Assembly (NCBI GenBank): GCA_031554335.1
Contig: JAVBVK010000003.1
Span: 86,144-150,143, forward strand
DNA from: Desulfarculales bacterium
GTDB lineage: Bacteria; Desulfobacterota; Desulfarculia; Desulfarculales; Desulfarculaceae
Reading direction: 5' to 3'
DNA length: 64,000 nt
Part shown: positions 45,604 through 55,458 of the stretch, one piece after another
How the letters are laid out: every line of letters begins with the position of its first letter
Numbering within the stretch: the stretch's first letter is position 1
Program-made: the position numbers and the translations under genes
Notes under the pieces: model-generated
What the model was told of the DNA's origin: nothing
Databases searched by the model: none
What the model saw: only the letters and a program-made list of their open reading frames with translations

Positions 45604-46227
45604 TTAGGCAAAGCCAAGAATACCGGGAATGCTCCTGAAATCATTTACATGGGCCCAGGCCCGCAAGCTTGGATTTTGAAAAGCCAGCAGCCGTACCTGG
45701 CTGTTTAAGCACAATATTTCATCCACCGAGGAATCTCCCACATAAATCGCCTGGTTGGCATCCATGTTAAGCTGCGAGAGCAGGTAGGCCATAAAGGCGG
45801 GGTGGGGCTTGGGCTCCGGCGCCTGGATGGGGGTTACCACCAGGTCAAAGTAGTCCAGTATTTTCAGGTCGCGCAAAAGGCCTAAGGCGGAGTGGCTGCG
45901 GTTAGTGCCTATGGCCAGCTTGGCCTGAGGGCGCAAAAGGGCCAGGGTTTCTTCAACGCCTTCAAACAGGCTTAGGTTTTGCTGCAGTTGCTTGGCATTG
46001 TATTGGCTGCCCAGGGCCATGGCCTCTTGCAGCCTGGCCGGCCCTGCAATATGCAGCAATGCCTGCTCGTGGGTTTCGCGGTGCACCACCGCCTGGTCGT
46101 GGGGGCTTAGGGGGGCTAAACCAAGGCCCAAGGCAATATGGCTGTAGTAGGCCACATTGGAGGCAAAGGAATCGATGATAACTCCATCCAGGTCAAAAAC
46201 CACGGTTTGGGGCGGAAAAGAGGGCAT
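45604..46227 (-). CDS. HAD-superfamily hydrolase (phosphatase)
   Basis: 'VVFDLDGVIIDS' motif I and 'YVGDSSVD' motif IV. Confidence 0.8.
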   Translation of the reverse strand: MPSFPPQTVVFDLDGVIIDSFASNVAYYSHIALGLGLAPLSPHDQAVVHRETHEQALLHIAGPARLQEAMALGSQYNAKQLQQNLSLFEGVEETLALLRPQAKLAIGTNRSHSALGLLRDLKILDYFDLVVTPIQAPEPKPHPAFMAYLLSQLNMDANQAIYVGDSSVDEILCLNSQVRLLAFQNPSLRAWAHVNDFRSIPGILGFA

Positions 46228-46665
46228 TTAGTCTACTCCGGCTAAAATACGGGCTTTGTTTATAAGGGCCAAGGTGGGTGGCCAAATATTAAGTTCGGCA
46301 AGTTGGCGCCAGCTAAACCAGGCGGCTTGGGTGGCGTCGCCGCCAGCTTGCAAGCTGCCACTATTGAGGGCGCACAAATAGTCGAACAAAATATAATGAT
46401 ATTGTATACGGCCGGCGGCGTCGGGCACTATGCTTTCTATGGTATCAACAAGCGGGCCCACGCTTACATTAAGGCCGGTTTCCTCGCGCACTTCGCGCAT
46501 CAGGGCCTGGCGCAGGCTTTCGCCTAGCTCCACCACCCCGCCCGGTATGGACCACATGCCGCGCATGGGGGGCTGGCCGCGCTTTACCAACAGCACCAAC
46601 GGGCCGTCCAAGACCACCGCGCCCACCCCCACTACCGGAAGTTTGGGATAGCTTATGCCCATCAA
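46228..46665 (-). CDS. NUDIX hydrolase
   Basis: Nudix box 'GGVVELGESLRQALMREVREETGL'. Confidence 0.85.
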   Translation of the reverse strand: MMGISYPKLPVVGVGAVVLDGPLVLLVKRGQPPMRGMWSIPGGVVELGESLRQALMREVREETGLNVSVGPLVDTIESIVPDAAGRIQYHYILFDYLCALNSGSLQAGGDATQAAWFSWRQLAELNIWPPTLALINKARILAGVD

Positions 46666-47519
46666 ACTCTGCCTTGTGCCTTTAGTTGCCGCCAGTACCG
46701 GCTAAGCGCCTCTGACCACAAAGGCAGGCTGTAGCCCAGGCAGGCCGCGGCCCGCGAACTATTAAGCGCGGAAAAGGCCGGCCGGAGCGCGCCGGGGAAT
46801 TGGGAGCTTTTGGCGGGAACAATGGCTGCCGGATTTAACCCCAAAATGGTAAAAGAGGCCAACGCCACCTGCAAACGCGAGGCAAAACCGCTGCCCGCCA
46901 CATGGCAAAGGCCCCGGGCCGGCGTTTGGCAAAGCTTGAGCAGGGCTTTGGCCAGGTCGGGGGCGAAAGTGGGGCTGCTGATCTGGTCGTCCACCACCTG
47001 TGGCCGCTGCCCGGCCTGATACTGGCGCAGCGGCCTTTCCACAAAGCTTTCTTTGGCCGCCCCAAAAACCCACGAGGTGCGCGCTACCAGCGCCTGGGGC
47101 AAATGTTGCAATACCAGTCTTTCGCCCTCAAGCTTGCTCTGCCCGTATACGGAAAGGGGGTTTACCTGATCCGTTTCCAGGTAGGGTTCATTTTTTTGCC
47201 CGTCAAACACATAATCGGTGGATAAATGGATAAGGCGGATATCTAGCGCCTTGCAGGCCAAAGCTAGCAGGCCGGGGGCAATGGCGTTAAGGCTGAAGGC
47301 GGCTTCAGGGTTTTGTTCGCAGGCGTCAACATTGGTCATGGCAATGCAGTTAATGCACACTTTTGGCTTTACGCTTTGCAGCGCCCGCTTAATATGCTCC
47401 AATCCGCCGTTCAAATCCAAATGCTCACGGCCTCCATCTATTACGGCCAGGGCCGGGTCTTGCTCCAACAGCGCCTGGCCCACCAAGCCGCTATGCCCTA
47501 AAACTAGCGTTTTAGCCAT
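46662..47519 (-). CDS. rfbD: dTDP-4-dehydrorhamnose reductase
   Basis: 'LGHSGLVG', 'HLSTDYVFDG' and 'YGQSK', and adjacency to rfbB. Confidence 0.85.
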   Translation of the reverse strand: MAKTLVLGHSGLVGQALLEQDPALAVIDGGREHLDLNGGLEHIKRALQSVKPKVCINCIAMTNVDACEQNPEAAFSLNAIAPGLLALACKALDIRLIHLSTDYVFDGQKNEPYLETDQVNPLSVYGQSKLEGERLVLQHLPQALVARTSWVFGAAKESFVERPLRQYQAGQRPQVVDDQISSPTFAPDLAKALLKLCQTPARGLCHVAGSGFASRLQVALASFTILGLNPAAIVPAKSSQFPGALRPAFSALNSSRAAACLGYSLPLWSEALSRYWRQLKAQGRV

Positions 47520-48538
47520 AACTGGCTATCCTCGGTGGAGTTTGGCCACCAATTTTCATGCTCAACATACCATTGGGTCGTTATGTTCAGGCCCTGGGCA
47601 AAATTTACTTCAGGGATGAACCCCAGCTCTTGTTCTATTTTGCGGCAGTCTAAGTCATAACGGCGGTCGTGGCCTGGCCTGTCTTGCACATGGCGTATAA
47701 GGGCGCCGAATTCCTCTGGCTTGCGTCCGGATACAGCCCCCAGCGAAGCCAGTATCATGTTGAGCAGGGTTAAGTTATTTAGCTGGTTGTTGCCGCCAAT
47801 GTTATACACCTGGCCTGGCCTGCCTTTTTGCGCAACCATGGCCAGCCCCCGGCAGTGATCTTTAACAAACAGCCAGTCGCGCACGTAAAGCCCGTCGCCA
47901 TAAACCGGAAGTTCGCGCCCGCTTAAGGCGCGCCTTATCATTAGCGGTATGAATTTTTCGGGAAATTGGTGCGGGCCGTAGTTGTTGGAAGCTCTGGTAA
48001 CCACAACCGGCAGGTTGAATGAGTGGTAATAGGCCAGGGCCAGCAAGTCGGCACTGGCTTTGCTGGCGCTGTAAGGGCTGCGCGGGGCCAGCGGGGTGCT
48101 TTCCGTAAAGCGGGCCGGGTCTTCCAGGCTTAGGGACCCGTACACTTCGTCGGTAGAGATATGGATGAAGCGCCGCTCGGGAAACTTTTGCCAGGCCTTT
48201 ACCGCCGCCTGCAGCATTGTGCTAACCCCTAGCACATTAGTGCGCATAAACACATCGGGATCGTGTAGGGAGCGATCCACATGGGTTTCCGCGGCCAGGT
48301 TGAAAACCAACTCTGCCTCGGGCATAAGCCTGTTCATCAATTCCCCGTCGGCAATGTTACCATGAATGAATTGATAGCGTTTGCCGTACATCCGTTCCAC
48401 CTGCTCCAGGTTGCGCGGGTTGGCGGCATAGCTTAGGGAATCGAGATTTATAACGCGGGCCTCGGGCAGGTTTTGCAAAAGATGCAAAACCAGATGCGAG
48501 CCAATAAACCCCATGCCCCCGGTAACTAATATTTGCAC
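47504..48538 (-). CDS. rfbB: dTDP-glucose 4,6-dehydratase
   Basis: 'VTGGMGFIGS', 'HISTDEVYG' and 'YSASKA'. Confidence 0.95.
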   Translation of the reverse strand: MQILVTGGMGFIGSHLVLHLLQNLPEARVINLDSLSYAANPRNLEQVERMYGKRYQFIHGNIADGELMNRLMPEAELVFNLAAETHVDRSLHDPDVFMRTNVLGVSTMLQAAVKAWQKFPERRFIHISTDEVYGSLSLEDPARFTESTPLAPRSPYSASKASADLLALAYYHSFNLPVVVTRASNNYGPHQFPEKFIPLMIRRALSGRELPVYGDGLYVRDWLFVKDHCRGLAMVAQKGRPGQVYNIGGNNQLNNLTLLNMILASLGAVSGRKPEEFGALIRHVQDRPGHDRRYDLDCRKIEQELGFIPEVNFAQGLNITTQWYVEHENWWPNSTEDSQLWLKR

Positions 48539-48698
48539 TGGCCCTCTCCCTAAGTGATTTATACGCCCGTAAAATACTAAAATAGAATACCATTAAAGTT
48601 AAGTTAAAGTAAGTGTTTTTTGTGCTGGTTGAGCCCGCGTAAAACAGCTATATTATGTTAGCGCGCATTTTGTGTTACATTTTTACAGAGGCCGGAAC

Positions 48699-49331
48699 AT
48701 GGATGACAGCATATTTAAGTTGGGCTTTGACCGCTATCAGCGCTTTCGCCTTACCCAGGAGCTTATTGATAGCCTGGCCCTGGGCGGCCCGTTAAGCATT
48801 TTGGAGGTGGGAGCTTTTGACAATGCCTTCCAGCCTTTTGTGGCGGGCCACCGGCACAGCCTGTGGCCGCGGGAAGTGCGGCCCGGAGAACCAATAGATT
48901 TTGCCGACAATACCTTTGATGTAACCTTAGCCTTGGATGTGCTGGAACATGTACCCGCCGAGGAGCGCGGGTTTTTTGTGAGCGAATGCGCACGGGTGGC
49001 CTCTAACGCGTTTATTATAGGTTTTCCGGTAAGCACTAGCCTGGCGGCCGAACAGTTTGTGTTAAAGCTTACCGGCAGCGCCTGGCTGGCCCAGCATCAA
49101 GAGCTGGGCTTGCCCGACAAAAGCGAGATGGAAGCCCTTTTCAAAAAGCTTGGGCTTAGCTTTACCTGCCATGCCAATGGCTCGCTGCCTTCGTGGACAG
49201 CCATGATGCTTTTAATGCATGGGCTGCGGGGAGAGCAGAGAGAAGAGGTGAGCGACTTTTTTAACCGGCGCTTTTACGCCCTGGAAAACAGGGAGCCAGC
49301 CTACCGCTACATTTACGTGTTGCAAAAATGA
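48699..49331 (+). CDS. class I SAM-dependent methyltransferase
   Basis: 'ILEVGAFDN' and 'FDVTLALDVLEHV' motifs. Start taken at the first ATG (48699). Confidence 0.55.
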   Translation: MDDSIFKLGFDRYQRFRLTQELIDSLALGGPLSILEVGAFDNAFQPFVAGHRHSLWPREVRPGEPIDFADNTFDVTLALDVLEHVPAEERGFFVSECARVASNAFIIGFPVSTSLAAEQFVLKLTGSAWLAQHQELGLPDKSEMEALFKKLGLSFTCHANGSLPSWTAMMLLMHGLRGEQREEVSDFFNRRFYALENREPAYRYIYVLQK

Positions 49332-49375
49332 AAGACGGGTGGCCAGTTCCACCCGTCTTCACTTAAGCCATCACC

Positions 49376-50152
49376 TCAGTTGCCAGTAAATTTAGGCGCG
49401 CGCTTTTCCACAAAAGCGCTGATGCCTTCCTTGCCGTCCTGGCTGGCCCAGCAGGCAACCTGATTGGTGGTTTCAATCTGCAGCAAAGTCTCCCAGGTGC
49501 ATTCTAAACTGCGGTTTACCCCCTGTTTAATCATTTTAAGGGCCAGCGGAGCGGCTTTGGCCAGTTTTGCGGCCAGGGCATAGGTTTGGGCGTTAAGCTC
49601 TTCGTCGGCCACTACCCGGTTCACAATGCCCAAGCGCAGGGCGTCGTCGGCGGTTAGGATGTCAGCGGTGAACATAAGTTCTTTGGCTTTGGCTAAACCC
49701 ACCACTCTGGGCAGCAGGTAGGTGCCGCCCATGTCCGGGTGCAGGCCCACCGCGGAAAAGCTTTGGGCAAAGCGGGCCTTTTGGCTAGCTACGAGAATAT
49801 CGCAGGCCAGGGCAATGTTAAAGCCGGCGCCCGCGGCCACCCCGTTTATCATGCCTACTACCGGCTTGGGAAAGTCGAAAAGTTTACTGGCCAGCCCGCC
49901 CGCGGCCTTGATAAAGGTTCTGGTGTCTTCATTGGTTTTGAAAGATAAAATGGTAGGCAAGTCGCCACCCGCGCAAAAGCCCTTGCCTTGGCCGGTGAGC
50001 ACTACCGCCCGCACGTTGGCGTCGGCCTCCAGGTCGTTTAGTATTTGGCTAAAGTATCTAATGAAGTCCCAGTCAATGGTGTTGAGCACTTCCGGGCGGT
50101 TGAGGGTAATGGTGGCTATCTGGTCTTTTTTTTCACACAATACGGCACTCAT
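49376..50152 (-). CDS. enoyl-CoA hydratase/isomerase family protein
   Basis: 'VVLTGQGKGFCAGGDL' oxyanion-hole motif; crotonase-length protein. Confidence 0.9.
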   Translation of the reverse strand: MSAVLCEKKDQIATITLNRPEVLNTIDWDFIRYFSQILNDLEADANVRAVVLTGQGKGFCAGGDLPTILSFKTNEDTRTFIKAAGGLASKLFDFPKPVVGMINGVAAGAGFNIALACDILVASQKARFAQSFSAVGLHPDMGGTYLLPRVVGLAKAKELMFTADILTADDALRLGIVNRVVADEELNAQTYALAAKLAKAAPLALKMIKQGVNRSLECTWETLLQIETTNQVACWASQDGKEGISAFVEKRAPKFTGN

Positions 50153-50191
50153 ATCAGCATCTCCTCTTTTAGAATGGTCACCCCTCTGAAA

Positions 50192-50953
50192 TTATTGTCC
50201 CACAGGGCAGGTCTTTTGACAATTAAAACAAAAATATTGGTTACCCATATGGCAGGCTTGCAATAAATTAAAATAGCGGGGCGAGCGCAGCATTTTTTGC
50301 TGTTCGCTATTGTCTTTTGTTAGCAGCTCACTGAAAAAGGCGGCACTGGCCCCCATGCCGGTGGGTTGGGAATTTTGCATGCAGCGCATTACATCAGTCC
50401 TGCCTGGTTCATTCAGGGCGCCAGCCGGGCACTGGCTTACGCACAAGCCGCAGTCAACACACAAATCTTCAGTTAAGGGAGAATCCGTGGGTAAGGGCAG
50501 GCTGCACAGCAGGGCAAATATGCTCACCCGGCTGCCGTGCACTGGGTGCATGAAGAGGTTGTGGCGGCCCAACGAGCCTAAACCTGCGGCTAATGCGGCA
50601 TGGCGTAGGGAGACAATGCCCATGGGCAGTTTGCTCTTACCTATGGCCATGGGGTAGCTATAGGGCAGGGTTACCGCCTGCGCGGCAAATTCTTTTTCCA
50701 AATAGCGGGCCAGATGGTAGCTAGCATGGCGGATAAAACTCACAACATCCAGGCGGCCGTTCATGGCGGCATAGGGGTCGTTAGTATAGGGGCTGCCAAT
50801 TTCCTTGGCCAGCAACACCAACAGGCTCTGGGCACCAGGCATTATTTGGGGAAGCTCGGAAGTGCCAGGCAACGTGGCAACCGGGGCCACTCCCATATCT
50901 TCAGCGCCCAGGCTTAAGGCAAAATCTTTAATTTTTTGCTTAGCTGCTTGCAT
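50192..50953 (-). CDS. 4Fe-4S cluster protein (epoxyqueuosine-reductase/reductive-dehalogenase-like)
   Basis: 'CVDCGLCVSQCPAGAL' and a C-terminal 'CFNCQKTCP'. Confidence 0.5.
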   Translation of the reverse strand: MQAAKQKIKDFALSLGAEDMGVAPVATLPGTSELPQIMPGAQSLLVLLAKEIGSPYTNDPYAAMNGRLDVVSFIRHASYHLARYLEKEFAAQAVTLPYSYPMAIGKSKLPMGIVSLRHAALAAGLGSLGRHNLFMHPVHGSRVSIFALLCSLPLPTDSPLTEDLCVDCGLCVSQCPAGALNEPGRTDVMRCMQNSQPTGMGASAAFFSELLTKDNSEQQKMLRSPRYFNLLQACHMGNQYFCFNCQKTCPVGQ

Positions 50954-51090
50954 AAAGCTTCTCCTGTGTATTTAGCTGGCTGCGCTTTGGTTTGGCTTGT
51001 TGCCAAGTATAGCACAAAACTAGACAGACCGGTTTACTTTTAAGTGGGGAAAATCAAAATATTTTACAGGGAGGTGTCTGATAAAGTATT

Positions 51091-52353
51091 TTATGGTTTT
51101 TTATCGGGGCGATAGATTATGCTTGAGTCTTTGTCGCGCCTCATGGGTAAAAAAGGCAGGAAGGCAAAAGCGGGCAGGGCTACTAAAAAGCTCAAGCTGA
51201 AAAACCAGGTAAAACCTAGCTGCTGGGCCACCAGGCCGCTCAAGCTGGAGGCCACTGTGCCCGAAAGCCCGAAAACGGCTGACAGGATGGCGTATTGGCC
51301 GGCCGAGGCCTGGCGGTTACATAGCCGCATAAGCAGGGTGAGAAAGGGCGCGTTGCCAAGGCCCCCGCAGAAAGATTCCACCATGCTGGCGCCATAGGTG
51401 GGAATGGCCTGGCCCAGGTTAAGGGCGGCATAGGCATAGCCAAGGTTGCTTATGGCCTGTAGCCCCCCCAGTATCCATAGGCTGCGCCACAGACCCCAGC
51501 GCTTGCACAGCACGCCGCCCCAAAGCGAGCCCACAATGGTTAGCCCGGTACCCAGGGTGCCGCTCACCAGGCCAAACTGGGCACGGCTAAAGCCGGCGTG
51601 GTGCCAAAAGGGGCCCACCATTTGCCCTAAAAAGGCCTCGCCGGCCTTAAAGCACAAAATAAACAGCACCACAGCCCACAAGTTCGGTATTCTAACAATG
51701 CCCAGCCAGGCCAGGCGCGCGGCGGCGGCCAAGCTTTGCCGGCTGGCCGCCTGCTCGGCCGGGCGCGGGGCATGGGCCGCCGGCCAAAGCAGCACCACCA
51801 GGCTCACCAGGCCTAAGCTGGCGGCAAACAGCATCAGAGAACCTGTCCAGCCTAAGTATTCACTAAGCCATATCATCAGCCCGCCGGCGGCAATCAAGGC
51901 CACCCGGTAGGTTGCCGCCCTAACCCCATTAGCCGGGCCTTGTTCCTCCGGCTCTAGAATGTCAATGGTATAGGCGTCTATGGCAATGTCTTGGGTAGCA
52001 CCGGCTACGGCCACCATAGCCAGCATGGCCATGAACAACAACGAGCCCACGGCCAGCCACGGAGTTATTGCCATGCCGGCAATTAGCGCTACCTGGCAGC
52101 CAAGCATCCAGGCGCTGCGCTTGCCAAAGCGGTCTACCAAAGGCGCCCAGATGAATTTGAGCGTCCAGGGCAGATGCAAGAGCCCGGCCAGGCCAATGGC
52201 GGTAAGGCTAAGGTTTTCGGTGGCCAGATAATAAGAGAGGGTTTTGAACAAAAAGCCGTAGGGCAGGCCCTCGGCATAATATAATACCCCCACCACCAGC
52301 ATTTTATTCCAATACTGGCGGCGGGGGTGCTTGCTCAACGCGGAAAAAAGCAA
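51091..52353 (-). CDS. MFS transporter, AmpG family
   Basis: 'LKFIWAPLVDRFG' signature and a 12-TM profile. Confidence 0.8.
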   Translation of the reverse strand: MLFSALSKHPRRQYWNKMLVVGVLYYAEGLPYGFLFKTLSYYLATENLSLTAIGLAGLLHLPWTLKFIWAPLVDRFGKRSAWMLGCQVALIAGMAITPWLAVGSLLFMAMLAMVAVAGATQDIAIDAYTIDILEPEEQGPANGVRAATYRVALIAAGGLMIWLSEYLGWTGSLMLFAASLGLVSLVVLLWPAAHAPRPAEQAASRQSLAAAARLAWLGIVRIPNLWAVVLFILCFKAGEAFLGQMVGPFWHHAGFSRAQFGLVSGTLGTGLTIVGSLWGGVLCKRWGLWRSLWILGGLQAISNLGYAYAALNLGQAIPTYGASMVESFCGGLGNAPFLTLLMRLCNRQASAGQYAILSAVFGLSGTVASSLSGLVAQQLGFTWFFSLSFLVALPAFAFLPFLPMRRDKDSSIIYRPDKKP

Positions 52354-52359
52354 AACAGG

Positions 52360-52833
52360 TTAGCCTTGGTTTATTTCAACCACTTCCAGTAAACGCATGC
52401 CGCCCGGGGTTTTAAAACGCACCTCATCGCCCTCTTCGTGGCCGATCAGGGCCTGGCCTATGGGTGAGGTAAGGGAGATGCGGCCACAGGCCGGATCGCT
52501 CTCCCACTGGCCTACTATCTGATAAGTTACTTCTTCTTTTATTTCAGGATCATATACCGTAACGCACGAGCCGAATACCACCCGGCCCTCAGGCTCCGGC
52601 AAGGGCTCTATCACCTCTATTTGCGACAGAATTGTTTCTAATTCCACCATCTTGGCGGCTATAATGGATTGGCGCTCCTTGGCCGCATGGAATTCGGCAT
52701 TCTCCGAGATGTCCCCATGGGCCCTGGCTTCGGCTATGGCCTGTACGTTGCGCGGCAATTCCACTTTGCGCAAATTTTCCAACTCTTCTTGCAAACGCTG
52801 CTGTCCCTGACGGGTCATAGGATGACGAGTCAC
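52360..52833 (-). CDS. greA: transcription elongation factor GreA
   Basis: 'GDISENAEFHAAKERQ' and the C-terminal 'SPIGQALIGHEEGDEV'. Confidence 0.95.
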   Translation of the reverse strand: MTRHPMTRQGQQRLQEELENLRKVELPRNVQAIAEARAHGDISENAEFHAAKERQSIIAAKMVELETILSQIEVIEPLPEPEGRVVFGSCVTVYDPEIKEEVTYQIVGQWESDPACGRISLTSPIGQALIGHEEGDEVRFKTPGGMRLLEVVEINQG

Positions 52834-53065
52834 GATAATCCACCTTTTGAGTATAGTTTAAAAACAACTCACCTGACCGTAGCCAAAGGTTAGACTACGG
52901 TCAGGCTTGCTCCAAGTTCTTTTCATCATAGCACCCTTTATAAGCAAAGGCAAGCTATGTTTTTTAGCATGGCTTAAGGCGCGGCATGTGCTATATTATA
53001 TGTCTTAGCTGCAAATTAAGTCGCTGCCCGCTGGGCAAGTGCTGTTATTTTTTAGGAGTAAGTCC

Positions 53066-54856
53066 ATGAAAAAAATCCTCTCCGGCAATGAGGCCATAGC
53101 CCGTGGCGCCTATGAGCACGGGGTGTTGTTCGCCTCGGCCTACCCGGGCACACCAAGTACTGAAGTTTTAGAAAATATTAGTAAATACAAAGAAATTTAC
53201 GCCGAATGGGCGCCTAACGAAAAGGTGGCCATGGAGGCGGTGGCCGGGGCCAGCCTTATGGGCGTGCGCTGTTTAACCGCGTTTAAGCATGTGGGGCTTA
53301 ATGTGGCGGCCGACCCTTTAATGACCCTGACCTACACTGGGGTTAAAGGCGGGGTGGTGTTAATCAACGCCGACGACCCGGGCATGCACAGCTCGCAGAA
53401 CGAGCAGGATAACCGTTTTCTGGCCGCCTTTGCCCAGATACCCATGCTGGAGCCGGCCAGCAGCCAGGAAGCCAAAGACATGGTGGGCGTGGCGCTTAGC
53501 CTGTCTGAAGAATATGACACCCCCGCCATGCTGCGCACCACCACCCGCACCGCCCATTCCAAGGGCGTGGTCAGCCTCAATGAACGCCAGGCGCCAGCCC
53601 CGGCCGGGGGATTTGCCCGACAGATAGAAAAATACTGCATGTTGCCGGGCAATGCCATCAAGCGCCACCCTTTGGTGTTGGAGCGTGAGGCCAAATTACA
53701 GGCTTTGGCGGAAAGCACGGATCTCAACCAATGGGAAAAGGGTAGCGGCAAGGTTGGCATCATCAGCGCCGGCGCGGCCTATCAATATGCTAAAGAGGCC
53801 ATGCCAGAGGCCAGTTTTTTGAAATTGGGCCTTACTTGGCCTTTGCCCGCGCAAAAGATAAAAGACTTTGCCGCTTCAGTGGAAAACCTGGTGGTGGTGG
53901 AGGAACTGGAGCCTTATCTGGAAAACCAGCTTAAGATCATGGGCATTGAAAATGTAATAGGCAAGGAATTTTTTCCACGTTTGGGCGAGCTAAGCCCTGA
54001 AATAGTGGCCCACGGGCTGGCTAAAGCCGGGCTCTTGCCCGTGCCGGCGCAGGCTGTGTCAACTGTGGGCGCGCCGGCCATGCCCCGGCCGCCCTTGCTT
54101 TGCGCGGGCTGCTCGCATCGCGGCATAGGTTATGCGCTCAAAAAAGTAAACGGCATTGTCACAGGTGACATTGGTTGTTACACCTTAACCGCCCTGCCGC
54201 CTTTGCAGGCCATTGAAACCACGTTATGCATGGGCGGCGGCATCAGTATGGCCCATGGCCTGTACAAGGCCAGGGAGCAGGCTGGCCTGCGGGACAATAC
54301 CCCCATTTTCGCGCTCATTGGCGATTCCACCTTCTTCCATTCGGGCATAACCAGCCTGTTGGACGCGGTTTATAACCAAAGCGCCATTACCGTGCTTATT
54401 CTGGATAACCGCATAACCGCTATGACCGGCGCCCAGGACAACCCCGGCACGGGCCGCACTTTAATGGGCAAGCAGGCGCCACAGGCCGACATTGAGACCA
54501 TTTGCAAGGGCTTGGGCGTAACCAGAATACGCCAGGTGGACCCCTACAACCTGAAAGAGTGTGAAGCCGCCCTGCGTGAAGAGGCCGCCTTTAACGGGCC
54601 TTCGGTTATAATTACCAAGCGCCCCTGCGTGCAATTACTACAGTTTGATCCGGCACAAGCCTACCATGTAAACGAAAGTTGCATTGGCTGCGGAGCCTGC
54701 CTGCGCCTGGGCTGCCCGGCCATTTACCAGGGCGCGGCCATAGATAACCCTAAAGCCAAAAAGACCATGTACAGGGCGGAGATTGACGCCAATTTGTGCA
54801 CGGCCTGCAGCATGTGCGCTCAGGTCTGCCCCAAAAATGCCATTGTGCAGAACTAG
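53066..54856 (+). CDS. iorA: indolepyruvate ferredoxin oxidoreductase subunit alpha
   Basis: TPP motif 'GDSTFFHSG' and C-terminal 2x[4Fe-4S] 'CIGCGACLRLGCP' / 'CTACSMCAQVCP'. ATG 53066 follows AGGAG. Confidence 0.9.
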   Translation: MKKILSGNEAIARGAYEHGVLFASAYPGTPSTEVLENISKYKEIYAEWAPNEKVAMEAVAGASLMGVRCLTAFKHVGLNVAADPLMTLTYTGVKGGVVLINADDPGMHSSQNEQDNRFLAAFAQIPMLEPASSQEAKDMVGVALSLSEEYDTPAMLRTTTRTAHSKGVVSLNERQAPAPAGGFARQIEKYCMLPGNAIKRHPLVLEREAKLQALAESTDLNQWEKGSGKVGIISAGAAYQYAKEAMPEASFLKLGLTWPLPAQKIKDFAASVENLVVVEELEPYLENQLKIMGIENVIGKEFFPRLGELSPEIVAHGLAKAGLLPVPAQAVSTVGAPAMPRPPLLCAGCSHRGIGYALKKVNGIVTGDIGCYTLTALPPLQAIETTLCMGGGISMAHGLYKAREQAGLRDNTPIFALIGDSTFFHSGITSLLDAVYNQSAITVLILDNRITAMTGAQDNPGTGRTLMGKQAPQADIETICKGLGVTRIRQVDPYNLKECEAALREEAAFNGPSVIITKRPCVQLLQFDPAQAYHVNESCIGCGACLRLGCPAIYQGAAIDNPKAKKTMYRAEIDANLCTACSMCAQVCPKNAIVQN

Positions 54857-54868
54857 AGGAGAATTGTA

Positions 54869-55444
54869 ATGGTAAAAAATATTCTAGTTGTAGGGGTGGG
54901 CGGCCAGGGTGTGATAATGGCCAGCGATTTGCTGGCCGACGTGGCTCTGGCATCCGGTTTTGACGCCAAAAAAAGCGAAGTGCATGGCATGAGTCAGCGC
55001 GGTGGCGTGGTGAGCAGCCATGTGCGCTATGGCAAAAAAGTGCATTCGCCGCTTATAAAAAAAGGCGAGGCGGACTTGCTGCTGGCTTTTGAGCTGGCCG
55101 AGGCCGTGCGCTGGCTGGACTTTTTGAACCAAGATGGACAGGTGATAGTAAACGAACATAAAGTGGTGCCGCCTCTGGTTTCCATGGGGCTGGCCAGCTA
55201 CCCGGAAGATGCGGTGCAAATTTTGCAGAGCCGCAGTAGAAATCCTCAGGTGGTAGACGCGATGAGCCTGGCAACCAAGCTTGGCAATCCGCGCCTGGTC
55301 AACACCATATTGCTGGGCGTGGCCTCGCGCTTCTTGGATTTGGACGCGGAAAAGTGGTTGGCCACCATAAAAGGCCGCATGAAACCAGCCTTGCAGGAAA
55401 TTAACCACAAGGCCTTTGTGGAAGGGGCCAAGCTGGCCTCTTAA
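54869..55444 (+). CDS. iorB: indolepyruvate oxidoreductase subunit beta
   Basis: 'VGVGGQGVIMASDLLA' gamma-domain motif and adjacency to iorA. Confidence 0.85.
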   Translation: MVKNILVVGVGGQGVIMASDLLADVALASGFDAKKSEVHGMSQRGGVVSSHVRYGKKVHSPLIKKGEADLLLAFELAEAVRWLDFLNQDGQVIVNEHKVVPPLVSMGLASYPEDAVQILQSRSRNPQVVDAMSLATKLGNPRLVNTILLGVASRFLDLDAEKWLATIKGRMKPALQEINHKAFVEGAKLAS

Positions 55445-55458
55445 GCTTGGCGTATGGC